This document shows, one piece after another, positions 61,211 to 64,000 of a stretch of DNA of 64,000 nt; the stretch's first letter is position 1; the number at the start of each line of letters is the position of its first letter. This DNA is from Prorocentrum cordatum (Eukaryota). The position numbers were made by a program, and so were the translations under genes. The notes beneath the pieces are model-generated. The model had not been told where the DNA came from, searched no databases, and saw only the letters and a program-made list of their open reading frames with translations. Where the stretch lies: assembly GCA_963575745.1 (NCBI GenBank), contig CAUYUJ010000313.1, positions 1-64,000 of the forward strand, read 5' to 3'.

Positions 61211-62699
61211 GCCTCCCTCACCCCATGAGGCGATCCGCCCTCACGTCGCCCCTGGATGCATCCTCTTCGCTCCTCCGACACGCGGGGGCGCCGACGACGA
61301 CGGCGACGACCTCCAGAGGCCTCCTGGGACCTCCCGAGGGGCCTCAGGACTCCAGGAGGCGCAGGAGGCTGGCCCCCGCCCCACCTGGGCCATGCTGCTC
61401 CCCCCCGTGGGCCAGCCCCACCATTCCTCGAGTAGGGGATCGACTATAGAGTTGACTGATCCTGAAATAAACTGTCACGTCGAATCTGTAGAGGAGTACA
61501 TAAAATGTTCATGCATCTACCACAGCTTCTACGCATGTTCCCTGGATTCGACGAGAAAGATCCATTTTGTGGTAAATCAATTCTGTAAACGATCCCCTAC
61601 CCGAACCCCAGACATCCGGCTGCTCCAATTTTTCCGATGCGTGGCCCGGGAGGTCTGGACCGCTTCCCCAGGACCGGTTTTTCATCCCGAGTCGGCTTTG
61701 AACGGTCTCGGGGCCCGGTGAGGGCTCCTGGAGGTGGAAAAAGCAGCCACACACCGCCCGCTCCAAATCTTTCTGGAGCGTCGGCTCTCTGGGACCTCCC
61801 CTGGGCTCCATGCTCTCCCCTCGACTGGGGGTCCCTGCTTCTCCCCCCCCCGCAGGGCCCCCGAGCGGAGCGGCGCGGGCGGCCCGCCTGCACCTCGCCG
61901 GCGGAGCAGGCCACGTGCACCGGGAGGAGCCAGGTGCAGCGGAGGAAGGTCTGCCTCCCCCGGGCGGCGAGGGCGGGGGGCCGGTCGGAGGGAGAGAGGA
62001 AGGAGGGAGGGAGGGAGGGAGGGAGGGAGGGGGAGAGCGAGCGAGGGAGGGAGGGAGGGCGAGTGGAAGGAGGGAGAAAGGGAAGGACGGAGGAGGGGAG
62101 GGGGCGAGTCGGAGGGAGGGAGGGGCTGGTCGAAGGGCGGCGGGGATTTCATTGGCTGACGCCCAGTCTCAGCTCCCAGCATCAAGGCCGCCCAAGGGCG
62201 GCAAAAAATGGCCATGAGGCCGAGCTGACAAGCACAACGCGCGCAAGAGGGCGCAGCCAAACAAAGCTGGTGAAGTGTCCTGGAAAGCAGGAGCGGGAGG
62301 AGAAGGTCCTTGCGACAGAATGGCTGCAACACACCCGTGGGGCCGAGCTAGACTCAACGACGTGGGAACACCCCTGGTCAGGCAACGAGGTCCCTGACCA
62401 GACACGAAGCCCACTGGCACTACAGGTTTCACTACGTCCAGGGATGGAGGGGGCAGGCTGGAGAGAGGGAGGGGAGGGAGGCGGGGAGGGAGAGGGAGCA
62501 GGTCGGAGAGAGATAGGGGGCAGGGGGGATTCTGCCGCTGGTGGCGAGGCACACCAGGAGGGAGGGTCGGGGCTGACAAGAAGGGAGGGAATAGCACAAG
62601 AGGGGCTGGTCTTCCTGGCGCCGCCTGGCGCCAAAGGCGTCAGTGTAAAGTAGACCACACGTTTCCCAATACCCCCCACTCGTCCGACCCGAGAGGGAG

Positions 62700-63045
62700 G
62701 GGGCAGGTCGTCTTCGCCAGCGGACGACTTCGGCGCGGTCGTCTTCGCCGGAGAGACGGTCAAGCGAAGACGACCGCCAGCGAATGCGACTCGTGCAGGG
62801 AGATAACACTGTAACAGCCGTGGAGATATCACCATGTCCCCCAACAGCACCCCGTGCGAGACCCTCCACTGCCCGCCGCTTTGTTCCGAGCACAAAACGT
62901 AGAAGAACCTGCTGGTCTTGAAGCCTTTGCTTGCCCTCGAAGAGGAAGTCCAGAGCTTCCCTAAGACTTACAATCAACCCGTATTATAAGGATGCGCGGT
63001 GAGGACGCACGGGCGTTGGGGGGCCATGTCAAAGTCTTTCGAACG
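62700..63045 (-). pseudogene. Possible highly decayed RT fragment of a different LINE
   Basis: Ordered weak motifs SKDFD, VSHGVLLGDMVISPRLL and GEDDL resemble D.sKAFD, GV.QGD.LSP.LF and YADD. Confidence 0.3.
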
Positions 63046-64000
63046 AGGTTGGCCCGCGAAAGTCGCTAAGGATGGGCCGACGGGGCAAGGATGCAAGGGT
63101 AGCATCGGAAAGTGATTAATCCTTACTATGCGTGTTGAGACGCCCTCATATGAGTGCCACTCATGTAAGACCATCCTCGAGACGCCCTCATATGAGTGCC
63201 CCTTCGACGGAGGCCCCAGCCGTTGGGAAAAGCCGGACTCACAAGTCGCACAACATATGCGTGGCCCGCAAAGGATCCCACTCAGCGCACCGAGGCCGGA
63301 AAACTGTGGACCCCGACCAGACTCAGAGGCCGCTCCAGGCTCCAAGTAACAGGCCTTGGGGACCTCCGAAAGGACAGAGCACCCGCCACAACGCGAAAGA
63401 AGCCGTCTCCAGCGCCAAAAGGACGGCCCCTGGCCAAGCCAACGCGGAGGCTGGAGGGGAGGGGAGGGGAGAGGAGGGGGAGGGGGAGGGAGACACCACC
63501 CCTCAGACGAGCCATCAAAGGCAGACCCCGTGGAACCCTCCAAGACGGCTCAAGCCAGAACCCCTCCCAAAAATCTGACCCCACCCCCCACTTCCATGTG
63601 AGATTCGGAGCACACACTGGGACATCCTGGGCCCCAAGATGGCGTGCAGGCCCTCGAGGCCTCGGCCGGGAGGCCGCCTCAAGCCCGCCTCCAGGAGCAG
63701 AGGCATGCTGCGCCGCGCCCGCCTCCGCAATCGGAGAGACCGTACGCACGGCCACCTGCCGCTCGTGAGGCTGCTGGAGGCCCAGCCTGGCCAGGCGGAG
63801 CCGACGAGCCTGGCGCCGTGACTGCGAGGGCCATGGCTCGTGTTCCCAGAGGCCCGCGAGCGGCTTGGGAGGGGGAGGCGGCGCAGGGCCAGCCCGAGTC
63901 AGGCCAAACACAGACCCGTCCCTGCGAAACCGGGGCCACGTGCTGGAGCCCGAGCTTTGGAGACGCACGTCTGGGGCGCTGATGCGAGAACCGCTTTGGG

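Noticed and set aside
63137..63200. ETPSYEC repeat suggesting a zinc finger
   Set aside because: A local 22-bp direct duplication in a short ORF without other support.

Overview
Repeat-dominated eukaryotic DNA, most likely from a dinoflagellate: it contains two perfect copies of the 22-nt dinoflagellate spliced leader (DinoSL, TCCGTAGCCATTTTGGCTCAAG). No host protein-coding gene can be supported. Nearly all ORF-track entries are translations of (ACT)n, (CAT)n, (CCT)n, (GAC)n or (TACA)n microsatellites, or antisense shadows of GC-rich coding sequence. The main feature is a head-to-tail pair of diverged, apparently full-length non-LTR retrotransposons (15582-~22186 and 22461-~28800). Each has a zinc-ribbon/coiled-coil ORF1 and an ORF2 with APE endonuclease, RT (FVDD), a CCHC-like knuckle, RNase H and extra C-terminal zinc fingers. 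Each begins exactly at a complete DinoSL joined to a (CCT)n tract through the same junction. This suggests a LINE family that targets (CCT)n and gets its RNA 5' end by SL trans-splicing from host read-through transcripts. A decayed relative lies on the minus strand (~55500-58200), with a 19/22 SL-like sequence upstream. The window also holds a non-autonomous Helitron (10107-11504), Helitron-like and MITE-like small elements, a dispersed CG-palindrome repeat family, a higher-order tandem repeat, an exact 204-bp duplication and two 100-N scaffold gaps. Several stretches look like noisy long-read consensus, so single frameshifts may be artefacts. All comparisons were made by eye; no searches were run.
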